NCBI GenBank assembly: GCA_051418015.1
Contig: JBPRGF010000031.1
Location: 128,001-192,000 of the forward strand
Source: Candidatus Nitrospinota bacterium M3_3B_026
GTDB lineage: Bacteria; Nitrospinota_A; UBA7883; JBPRGF01
Direction: 5' to 3'
Length of the DNA: 64,000 bases
Shown here: piece after piece, positions 38,019 to 46,387 of the stretch
How positions within the stretch are numbered: the first letter of the stretch is position 1
Layout: every line of letters starts with the position of its first letter
Notes under the pieces: generated by a model
The model's database searches: none
What the model was told of the DNA's origin: nothing
What the model saw: the letters and a program-made list of their open reading frames with translations, nothing else
Translations under genes and position numbers: made by a program

Positions 38019-38805
38019 GATAGTGGAGCATCACAACCCCCTCGGTGGAAAGGGCTACATCTCCAGCCAACACGTGGAGCGATACCGCTTCGCCCTGTCG
38101 AGGCTCCGGCCCGGCATGAAGGTTCTGGACATGGCCTGCGGGGCCGGGTACGGGACCATGATGCTCGCCAGCCGCGGCGTCAGGGCCGTGGGGGCGGACT
38201 ATGACGAGAGGGCCGTGAGAACCGCGCGGGCGCTCTGGGGAAAACCGGTTTTCATCAGGGCGGACGCGCTCGATCTTCCATTCAGGGACGGCGCCTTCGA
38301 CGCGGTTGTGAGTTTCGAGACCGTCGAGCACACCACGGAGGGGGAAAGGTTCCTCGCCGAAATCCACAGGGCGCTTCGCCCGGGCGGGACGCTGATCCTT
38401 TCCACGCCGAACATAAAATACACGGCCCATCCTCCGTACCACCTGAAGGAGTACGAGCCGGACGAGTTTTTCGAACTGGCCGGGAGCATGTTCACCTCGG
38501 TGGAGCGCCACGCCCAGTATTTTAGGCGCCGGGACAGGCTGGCGGATCTGGCGATACGCCGGGTTCTCGGCCCCCTGGCCTCGGCAATCCGGCGGGGGCT
38601 CGGAAAGATCGGCCTGGAGGATGCCGCCCTGCGGGCCATCCAGCGCGGACACGGGGAGGGCGGCGTGTCCGGCGCGCTCATGAAGGAAGCCCTCGCGGAG
38701 GCGATCGAAGGGGAGCCGGACAGCGTGTACAGGGTAAAACCCCTGGGCGGCCATCGGCTCTTGCGCATAATGATAGCGGTTGCGGAAAAGGCGCGGACGC
38801 GATGA
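38011..38805 (+). CDS. Class I SAM-dependent methyltransferase (glycan-associated type)
   Basis: HVERYRFA, VLDMACGAGYG, FDAVVSFETVEH, LSTPN, YHLKEY. Confidence 0.88.
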   Translation: MPEIVEHHNPLGGKGYISSQHVERYRFALSRLRPGMKVLDMACGAGYGTMMLASRGVRAVGADYDERAVRTARALWGKPVFIRADALDLPFRDGAFDAVVSFETVEHTTEGERFLAEIHRALRPGGTLILSTPNIKYTAHPPYHLKEYEPDEFFELAGSMFTSVERHAQYFRRRDRLADLAIRRVLGPLASAIRRGLGKIGLEDAALRAIQRGHGEGGVSGALMKEALAEAIEGEPDSVYRVKPLGGHRLLRIMIAVAEKARTR

Positions 38806-39830
38806 AGATCGGCGTATATCGCCCCGCCTCCCTGCCCTTCAGCGTCCGCTCCTACACAGACAACGTCTCCGCGGAGCTTGAGCGGCTCGGCGTCTCGTTC
38901 GTCTATTGGGAAGGCCGCGGCCTGCCGGGCGGCGTCGATCTTTACTGGGATCCGCGCTGCTCCGGCCTCGCCCCGCCGCCCGTGGGGTTTGCAAAGACCG
39001 TCAAACCGCTGGTGGTGACCATCCACGGCGCCGCGCCCGTCGCCCTGCCGGCAAGGGAGATATACCCCAACCCGGCAAGAGCCGTGACGGGGGGGCTGAT
39101 CGCCCGCAAGAGACTGTGGACATGGAAAAGGCTCCTCGGCCGCGTCGAGACCGTCATCACCGTCTCAAAATTCGCCAGGAAGGAGATCGCCGAAAAGTTC
39201 GGCATTGGCGCAGGGAAGATAGCCCCCATATATCACGGAGTCGACCATTCCATCTTCACGCCGAGAGGGGAAAAGGGCGGAGCGGGGCCGTACCTGCTGC
39301 ATGTCTCCCAGCCCCAGCCGGTGAAAAACATCCCCAGGATCATGCAAGCCTACGGCCTGCTCCCGGAGGACGACAGACCGCGGCTTGTCATCGTGGCGCC
39401 GGGGTTGTCCTCCCGCGGCGCCGGGCCGGGAGTGGAGATAATAGACACACCGGTAAGCCAGGGGAAGCTGGCCACGATGTACCGCGGCGCCATGGGCTTT
39501 GTCTTCCCCTCCCTGCGCGAGTCCTTCGGGATGCCGATCCTGGAGGCGATGGCGTGCGGCTGTCCGGTGGTCACGTCCAACGGCTCCGCCTGCGCCGAGG
39601 TCGCGGCGGACGCGGCCCTTCTCGTGGATCCCCGGTCGACGCGGGATATCGCCTCCGCCATGGGAAGGCTTGTCACGGATAAAAACCTGAGAACGGCGCT
39701 GAGGGAAAAGGGGCTGAAACACGCCGCCTTGTTCACATGGGAAAGAAGCGCAAGGGAGCACCTGGAAGTCTTCGGGAAAGCCTTGATGGATAACGGCAAG
39801 ACGCCGGGACGCGGCCGGATGCGGGATATA

Positions 39831-39836
<6 letters not shown>
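38802..39836 (+). CDS. Glycosyltransferase family 4 (GT-B)
   Basis: VVTIHG, ITVS, IYHGVD, FVFPSLRESFGMPILEAMACG, FTWE; the stop lies inside the antisense tRNA 3' end. Confidence 0.92.
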
Positions 39837-39907
<71 letters not shown>

Positions 39908-39919
39908 CCTGAATCTCTC

Positions 39920-39948
39920 TTTATACCCCTGTCGCGGTTGAATGTCAA
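39920..39948 (-). promoter_or_regulatory. Sigma70 promoter of tRNA-fMet
   Basis: TTGACA-N17-TATAAA on the minus strand just upstream of the tRNA. Confidence 0.75.
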
Positions 39949-40081
39949 CCACCCCCGGCTTTCTCGGGGCCCGGCGGGCGAGATTGCATCGCGCTCACGA
40001 GCTGTGACAATATAAAATACGCTCGAACCCGCGATCGTCCGCGGCGGTCTCGCGCATGAACGGCTTTGGAAGGGGAGGGTC

Positions 40082-42169
40082 ATGAAAATATACACACCGG
40101 ACAGGATCCGCAACGTTGGAATCCTGGCGCACAGCGGCGCAGGCAAGACATCCCTTGCCGAAGCCATCCTGTATGACTCCGGCGCCGTAAGCCGGCTGGG
40201 CTCGATCCAGGAGGGGAACACCGTCATGGACCACGACCCCGAGGAGATAAGACGGCAGCTTTCCATAAGCGCCTCCGTCGCGGCGTGTGAATGGAAAGAC
40301 CACAAGATCAACATCATCGACACCCCCGGCGACCAGAACTTCGTCTCCGACACCTACCTTTGCATGAGCGCCATGGACGCGGCGCTGATAATCGTCTCCG
40401 CCGTCTCGGGGATCAAGGCGCAGACGGAGAAGGTCTGGTCATGGGCGCGCGACAGAAAGCTTCCCAGGGTGATATTCATAAACAAGATGGACAACGACCG
40501 CGCCTCCTACGAGACCGCCTTCGGACAGATAGACTCCGCATGGCGCCAGAAGACCCTGAAGCTCACCCTCCCCATAGGCTCCGGCCCGGCTTTCAAGGGC
40601 GTGGTGGACCTTCTGATGATGAAGGCTTACATCTATGAAAAAGACGGCGAGGGCAGGTTCACCGAGGAAGAGATACCGGACAACCTTTTGAGCTGGGCGG
40701 AGAAGGAGCGGCAGGAGATGGTCGAGTCCGTCGCGGAGACGGACGAGGGGCTGCTGGATAAATACATGGAGAACAACGACCTCGAGCAGGACGACCTTTT
40801 CGCGGGCCTTCGCCGGGCGGTGATAGCGGGCGAGGTCGTCCCGGTGCTGTGCGGCTCGGCGGCTCATAACATAGTGGTGCGAAAGACGCTGGACACCATA
40901 GTCCGGTTCCTCCCCTCCCCGCTGGACGCGCCGCCGCGGCCGGGGGCTGGCCCCAAAGGCGAAAGAATTGAAATAAAGCCCGACCCCGGCGGCCCCGCCG
41001 TGGCGCAGGTGTTCAAGACCATCGCCGACCCCTACGCCGGAAAAATCAGCCTGTTCCGCGTCTTCTCCGGCTCCATCGGCCCCGACGCCAACCTGCTCAA
41101 CGCCACGCGGGACCAAAAAGAGCATCTCGGCTCGATCTTCTCCCCCCAGGGCAAAAAGCAGGCGCCGCTCGAAAAGGCCGTCCTGGGCGACATCGCCGCC
41201 GTGGCCAAGCTCAAGAGCGCCCAGACCGGCGACACCCTGTGCCACCCGAAAAACGCGGCCGTTATGGACTGGCAGCCGTCCCTGAACCCGGTCATCTCCT
41301 TCGCCGTCGTCCCCAAGTCCAAAGGCGACGAGGACAAGCTCGGGGCATCCCTTGGAAGGCTCGTTGAGGAGGACCCGGCCCTGCGCGTGGGGATAGACCG
41401 GCAGACTCACGAGATGATCGTCTCCGGCATGGGGCAGCTGCATATCGAGGTGACCATGAGCAGGCTGAAGGAGAAGTTCGGCATCGAGGTGGAGATAAAA
41501 CCGCCCCGGATCGCCTACAAGGAGACCATCCGGGGCAAGGCAAAAGGCCACGGCAGGCTCAAAAAACAGACCGGCGGCCACGGCCAGTTCGCCGACTGCT
41601 GGCTGGAGATAGAGCCCGCGGAGGACGGGAAAGGCTTCGAGTTCGTCAACGCCATAGTCGGCGGAGTCATCCCCAGGCAATACATACCCGGCGTGGAGAA
41701 GGGCGTCCGCGAAACAATGGCCGACGGCGTCCTGGCCGGATACCCGGTCACCGGCCTGAAGGTGACCGTCTTCGACGGCAAGCACCACGACGTCGACTCG
41801 TCCGAGATGGCGTTCAAGATAGCCGCGTCGCAAGCGTTCAAGGAGGCCTTCCAGCAGGCCAGGCCCGTCCTGCTGGAGCCGTACATGGAGCTGGAGGTGG
41901 TGGTCCCGGAGGAATGCGTCGGCGACGTGATGGCCGATCTGAACAAGCGCCGCGGGCGAGTCCTGGGCGTTGGCGTGATGGGCGGCCAGCAGCAGATCAA
42001 GGCGGTTGTCCCCATGGCGGAGATATTGAGCTACGCGCCGGATCTGCGTTCCATCACCGGCGGCCGGGGCCAGTTCACCATGCAGCTCGGGTCATACGAA
42101 GAGACACCGGCGAACATCGCCCAGAAGGTCATAGAGGAGGCCGGAAAGGCCCGCCAGGAGGCGAAATAA
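40082..42169 (+). CDS. fusA: Elongation factor G paralog (EF-G2-like)
   Basis: AHSGAGKTS, DTPG, NKMD, GMGQLHIE, KKQTGGHGQF, HDVDSSEMAF; divergent switch motifs; not in an str operon. Confidence 0.9.
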   Translation: MKIYTPDRIRNVGILAHSGAGKTSLAEAILYDSGAVSRLGSIQEGNTVMDHDPEEIRRQLSISASVAACEWKDHKINIIDTPGDQNFVSDTYLCMSAMDAALIIVSAVSGIKAQTEKVWSWARDRKLPRVIFINKMDNDRASYETAFGQIDSAWRQKTLKLTLPIGSGPAFKGVVDLLMMKAYIYEKDGEGRFTEEEIPDNLLSWAEKERQEMVESVAETDEGLLDKYMENNDLEQDDLFAGLRRAVIAGEVVPVLCGSAAHNIVVRKTLDTIVRFLPSPLDAPPRPGAGPKGERIEIKPDPGGPAVAQVFKTIADPYAGKISLFRVFSGSIGPDANLLNATRDQKEHLGSIFSPQGKKQAPLEKAVLGDIAAVAKLKSAQTGDTLCHPKNAAVMDWQPSLNPVISFAVVPKSKGDEDKLGASLGRLVEEDPALRVGIDRQTHEMIVSGMGQLHIEVTMSRLKEKFGIEVEIKPPRIAYKETIRGKAKGHGRLKKQTGGHGQFADCWLEIEPAEDGKGFEFVNAIVGGVIPRQYIPGVEKGVRETMADGVLAGYPVTGLKVTVFDGKHHDVDSSEMAFKIAASQAFKEAFQQARPVLLEPYMELEVVVPEECVGDVMADLNKRRGRVLGVGVMGGQQQIKAVVPMAEILSYAPDLRSITGGRGQFTMQLGSYEETPANIAQKVIEEAGKARQEAK

Positions 42170-42185
42170 TCCCCGCCCCGGCGCG

Positions 42186-42983
42186 ATGATAAGGCTGAAC
42201 CTGCTGAGGGGAGCAAAGAGCCTGCGGGACACCGTAAGGCCGGATACGCCGATCCCCGGCGGCCCTCCTCCGCTGTGGCGGCGGCCACTGGTGTTATACG
42301 CCATCGCCATCATGGCCATGGCCGGGGGCGCGCTCTGGTACCTCGGCGCGGAGGTTTCTGTCAACGTCGGAGAAAAATCCTACACCGTCATCGGCGAAAG
42401 CCCCCACGCGCCGCGCCCTGCGGAAAGACCGGCCCCGGTAAAACCCGCCGAGAGAAAAGCCCCGGCCGGGAAACCCGAAGAGCGCTCAGAGCCTGCGGCT
42501 CACCCCGCCGCCGCGCCGAAGTCGGAAGAAAAAAAGGGATGGGCCGTCCGTTTCGCCGTGTGCGTGTACAGGGAAAGCTGCGAGAAGCTGGCGGGCCGCC
42601 TCGAAAAGAGGGGGATAGAAACTTTCATGGAAGAAGATTTCGCGGAGATAACCGCCAGCAGGGTCACCGTGGGGCCTTTCGCGGATGGAGGGGCCGCGGA
42701 CACGGCGCGGAACAGGCTCATGGAAAAAGGGGTGGGGGCCGGGCTCACCGCCTCCGGAGAGGGGAGCTATCTTTCCGCGGGGCCGTTTTTCGGCAAGGAA
42801 GAGGCGGAGAAGGCCGCGCGGAAAATGCGCTCCGCCGGACATGAGCCCCGGATATCGACCCAGAAGGAGAAGATGAGGGTCTATAAGCTATACAACGGAT
42901 CGTGGCGAGAGGAAAAAGAGGCCCGGCGGAAGATGGCGGAGTACAGGAAAAGCGGGATAGAATGTATACTTGAAAAACGCTGA
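42186..42983 (+). CDS. Membrane-anchored SPOR-domain protein
   Basis: TM helix, Pro/Ala linker, repeated RVTVGPF / YLSAGPF...EEAEKA SPOR-like segments. Confidence 0.65.
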   Translation: MIRLNLLRGAKSLRDTVRPDTPIPGGPPPLWRRPLVLYAIAIMAMAGGALWYLGAEVSVNVGEKSYTVIGESPHAPRPAERPAPVKPAERKAPAGKPEERSEPAAHPAAAPKSEEKKGWAVRFAVCVYRESCEKLAGRLEKRGIETFMEEDFAEITASRVTVGPFADGGAADTARNRLMEKGVGAGLTASGEGSYLSAGPFFGKEEAEKAARKMRSAGHEPRISTQKEKMRVYKLYNGSWREEKEARRKMAEYRKSGIECILEKR

Positions 42984-42995
42984 AAAGAGCCGCTT

Positions 42996-43367
42996 ATGAG
43001 AAAAAAGGGAGAACAGGGAACGATCAAGGGGACAAACGTCCCTGAGAAGATGTTCTACAAGATCCGCGACGTGGCGAAGATCGCGGACGTGAAGCCGCAT
43101 GTCCTGAGATACTGGGAGTCTGAATTTCCCCAACTGAGCCCCCACAAGAACAAGAACGGCCAGAGGGTCTACACCCGCAAGGACATAGACATCGCCCTGG
43201 AGATAAAACACCTCCTGTACGAGGAGAAATACTCCATCGCCGGGGCAAGGAAAAGACTGAAAAAAAAGAAGAGCGCCCCGCGGACCACAGGCGCCATGGA
43301 AAGCGTCCGCCAAGCCCGGGAGGAGCTGGCCGGGCTCCTCGACATCATGAAAAAGGAAAAAGTGTAG
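42996..43367 (+). CDS. MerR-family transcriptional regulator
   Basis: FYKIRDVA...HVLRYWESEFPQL.P...QRVY...LLYEEKYSIAGA. Confidence 0.9.
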   Translation: MRKKGEQGTIKGTNVPEKMFYKIRDVAKIADVKPHVLRYWESEFPQLSPHKNKNGQRVYTRKDIDIALEIKHLLYEEKYSIAGARKRLKKKKSAPRTTGAMESVRQAREELAGLLDIMKKEKV

Positions 43368-43392
43368 CCGAAAGAGCGCCCGCCTGAGGGGG

Positions 43393-44313
43393 TCAGCCGC
43401 CTCCGATCCCGCGTGAAAGCTCCTCGGCCCTGGCCCTGATCTCGGGCGGCAGACTTGGGTTCGACGCCAGCGCCCGCAGCATGGCGAGAGCGGTCTCTTT
43501 CTCCCCGTATTTCGCAAGCGTTTCAGCCAGAGCCAGATAGGCCGGGTGATACTCGGAGTAGAACGCCTCGATCACATTGAGCAGCTTGTCGAGCGACTCC
43601 CAGTCGCGCGCGGCGATCCGCCCTTCGGCCAGCGCAAGGTAGGGCGCCACGTCCCGCCCCACCTCCGCCTCCAGCTCGTTTTCGGTGAGCACGTGACCGT
43701 ACAGGGCCCGGACCGAGTAGTCCCCCGCGACCACCTCTACGATGTCCGGCAACCCCGGCCGCTTCATGTTCCTGAGGATGTAGCTGCGATGCCTGATGAG
43801 CGCTGGCTCGTCCTCCACCCGCTTTTCGATCCTGAAGTACATCTGCATGAAGAACCGCTCCAGGTTCGCCCGCTCCAGCAGGCCGGGATAGACGAAAGAA
43901 TGGCGGCCGGGCCCGTAGCCCATCGTGTCCTCCTGGGTAGGGACGGAAAAGTAGAGGTTCCTCTCCGGCTTGAGGATGCGGCGGACCTCGTGGAACATGC
44001 GGTGCGGATTGGTAAGGTGCTCGAACACCTCGTAGGCGTACACGGCGTCGAAGAAATCGTCCTCGAAAGGCAACGGTTCCTCCGATATGTCAAGGTGGTA
44101 AAGGTTCTCGTGGCCCTTCTCCCGCGCCTTGCGGACAATCTCCTTCCCGGCGTCCACCCCATGGAGCTCGTTGCCCCGGGCCCGAAGGGCGTCCAGCAAC
44201 GCGCCAGACCCGAAGCCGATCTCCAGAACGCGCACGTTCTCCACCAGCGGCAGTTTGCCCGCGTCCATGCCGGACGGGTCGTAGTCCTGGTATGCGTCCT
44301 TGGCCAGCGTCAT
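43393..44313 (-). CDS. Class I SAM-dependent methyltransferase with helical (TPR-like) C-terminus
   Basis: VLEIGFGSG, LPFEDDFFDAV...EVFEHL, RILKP. Confidence 0.8.
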   Translation of the reverse strand: MTLAKDAYQDYDPSGMDAGKLPLVENVRVLEIGFGSGALLDALRARGNELHGVDAGKEIVRKAREKGHENLYHLDISEEPLPFEDDFFDAVYAYEVFEHLTNPHRMFHEVRRILKPERNLYFSVPTQEDTMGYGPGRHSFVYPGLLERANLERFFMQMYFRIEKRVEDEPALIRHRSYILRNMKRPGLPDIVEVVAGDYSVRALYGHVLTENELEAEVGRDVAPYLALAEGRIAARDWESLDKLLNVIEAFYSEYHPAYLALAETLAKYGEKETALAMLRALASNPSLPPEIRARAEELSRGIGGG

Positions 44314-44436
44314 GGCGCGATCATTGAAAAGATAGCTTTTCTCCTTGGATTATATCACCGGCGGGAGCCACCCGGAAGCTCTGGCGGACTGGTTTGGAAG
44401 GCGAATCAAGGGCTTGGTTCCCCAAATGGCGCCTCC

Positions 44437-44476
44437 GAGCCCCCCTTCGGCCCAGCTTCGGGGCAGGCTCCGGCGA
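44437..44476. repeat. Degenerate palindromic repeat (copy D)
   Basis: GAGCCCCCCTTCGG...GGGCAGGCTCCGGCGA; the last 16 bp are identical to 48582-48597. Confidence 0.6.
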
Positions 44477-44518
44477 GGGCCGCCTTTCGGAAAAATCCAA
44501 GCCGGCCCTCGTCGAAAA

Positions 44519-45286
44519 TCATTTCAGATTGCTCCTGATCTCGTCCAGGGAGAGCACCATCTCGTTTTTCCTGGGCTGGCCGGCCTTGCGGCTCTTCTCG
44601 CCCATCGCCGCCAGCTCATCCAGAGACAAAAGCTCCTCGGGGCGTGTCCCGGACTCCTTCTCAAGCGCGTTGAGCTCGCCGAGGGTCATTACCTGTTCCG
44701 CGCCGGTCTTTTTCTGTTTCTTTTTTTTGGACTTTCTGGTTTTGCCAACCATCTTGCCGGTTCTCTTGTCCTTGTATCCGCTCAGGTCCTCCTCCGCCCA
44801 GACCACCATCAGCTCATCGCCCGATCCCGGCTTTCCGTCGGCGCCGGAGGAGACGACCACCAGGTCGTAGTTCGTCCGCTCCGTGCCGATTATCCAGTAG
44901 GTCTCGTTGCCCCATGCGTCCAGGGGTTTATATATCTGGCCCGGCGCGGGCCATTCGCCGCTCTCCCTGTAGAACGCGATCAGGCTGTTCTCAAGCTCGA
45001 TCAGGCGCTTGCCGGTTAGGACGATGTCCTGGTTCTCGGACGCGAGCCCCTCGCGCAAAAGGTCCGCCTTGTTCTCGGAGTAGGTCTTCGTGTGGCCATA
45101 CTTTTTCTCAAGTTGCGCCATGGCCTTCTGGGCCTCGTCCATCTTGCCGCGTTTGACGAGCAGCTTTATGTCCGCCACGGCCTGCTGAGCCGCCATCTCC
45201 TGGGGCAGGTCCGTCTTGGGCTCCCCGCCGGAGCAGGCGGCCAGCAGCAAAGAGACGGCAAGAAAAAACACTGTCCGGTTCTTCAC
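44519..45286 (-). CDS. Lipoprotein with GspG-like motif and C-terminal short repeats
   Basis: Lipobox LLAAC; DAWGNETYW...VVSSGADGKPGSGDE; three (L/M)xLxE(L/I) repeats; GTG start 3 nt after the motB stop. Confidence 0.6.
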   Translation of the reverse strand: MKNRTVFFLAVSLLLAACSGGEPKTDLPQEMAAQQAVADIKLLVKRGKMDEAQKAMAQLEKKYGHTKTYSENKADLLREGLASENQDIVLTGKRLIELENSLIAFYRESGEWPAPGQIYKPLDAWGNETYWIIGTERTNYDLVVVSSGADGKPGSGDELMVVWAEEDLSGYKDKRTGKMVGKTRKSKKKKQKKTGAEQVMTLGELNALEKESGTRPEELLSLDELAAMGEKSRKAGQPRKNEMVLSLDEIRSNLK

Positions 45287-45289
45287 ATC

Positions 45290-46225
45290 CTAAAGCCTTC
45301 TGAAAAGAAACTCTATCCTTCGGTTCAAAATCCTCGTCTCGTCCCTGTCGTTCGGGAACAGGGGCCTCGTGTCCGCGTAGCCCGCCGCCGACAGGCGCTC
45401 CGGAGGCGCTCCCTTTGATATCAGCCACTCCAGGGCGTTCGAGGCCCGCGTCACGGAAAGCTCCCAGTTCGAAGGATACTTCGCGCTTGCCACGGGCCTG
45501 TTGTCCGTGTGCCCCTCCACCACAAGCTCAAGGTCTTTCATGCTCTTAACGATCTGGACGAGCCCTTCCAGCAGCTTCTCCCCGCCCGGGGCGAGCTTCG
45601 CGTCCCCCGGTTCGAAAAGCACCCTGCCGCGGACTCTGACCCTGACCCCCTCGTCGGTGGAGGTGATGGACGCCGCGCCCCTGAATCCCTGCCGCGACAC
45701 GGCGTCGTAGACCACGTTGACCAGCTTCTCCCTGGCCGCCGCGGCCGCGGCCTCCTTTATGTTGCTGTCCACCTCGGCCATATCCCCAAGAGAGACCGCC
45801 TGGTAGCTGCCCCTCTCAAGCTTCGTGACGCCGTACCTGTCCTGGACAGACCCCACCAGCTCCTTGAACCTTATTATGTCCATGTTGGCGAAAGAGAGCA
45901 TCAGCACGAAGAAGGTTAAAAGCAGCGTGGCGAGGTCCGCGAAGGTCACCACCCACGCCGGGGCGCCCTTTACAATCTCCTCCAGCGGCTTTTCACGGGG
46001 CGGGGCGGCCCCACCGTCCTCGTGTTTTTCCACCTCCGCCTCCTTGGCCCTGCGGACGGATATCTTGCCCCCCTCCCTGGCCAGGCGGATCGCGATCTTG
46101 CACGCGGGGCAGGTGTAGATCACGCCGCTTGCGGGAATCTTCGACAAAGGTATCCTGGCCCTGGCCGAGCAGCCGGGGCACGGGACGGACAGTTGCTTTT
46201 CGCCGGGAGAGTCTTTGCTGGCCAT
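45290..46225 (-). CDS. motB: MotB/OmpA-family protein with N-terminal zinc ribbon
   Basis: CPGC...CPAC ribbon; WVVTFADLATLLLTFFVLM; VEGHTD, SNWELS..RA, GYADTRP, NRRIE. Confidence 0.85.
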   Translation of the reverse strand: MASKDSPGEKQLSVPCPGCSARARIPLSKIPASGVIYTCPACKIAIRLAREGGKISVRRAKEAEVEKHEDGGAAPPREKPLEEIVKGAPAWVVTFADLATLLLTFFVLMLSFANMDIIRFKELVGSVQDRYGVTKLERGSYQAVSLGDMAEVDSNIKEAAAAAAREKLVNVVYDAVSRQGFRGAASITSTDEGVRVRVRGRVLFEPGDAKLAPGGEKLLEGLVQIVKSMKDLELVVEGHTDNRPVASAKYPSNWELSVTRASNALEWLISKGAPPERLSAAGYADTRPLFPNDRDETRILNRRIEFLFRRL

Positions 46226-46387
46226 ATCGGACGCGAGCAGGGGTTTTCTCTTTGTTCAGCAGCTTTTATGATACCTTCAAAACACCCCCCCCGGCAAGGC
46301 GGCCTGGGGCCGCTGATAATACGTGTGGGGGCGGCGCCTGTTTGTTATAATCACCAGTCGTTTTTCAAAAAGTCGCGGGATACACTT

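Noticed and set aside
44519..46225. Zorya-type defence system suggested by the orphan MotB
   Set aside because: No ZorA-like long-tailed MotA or ZorC/D/E neighbours; the TM motif is flagellar-MotB-like.
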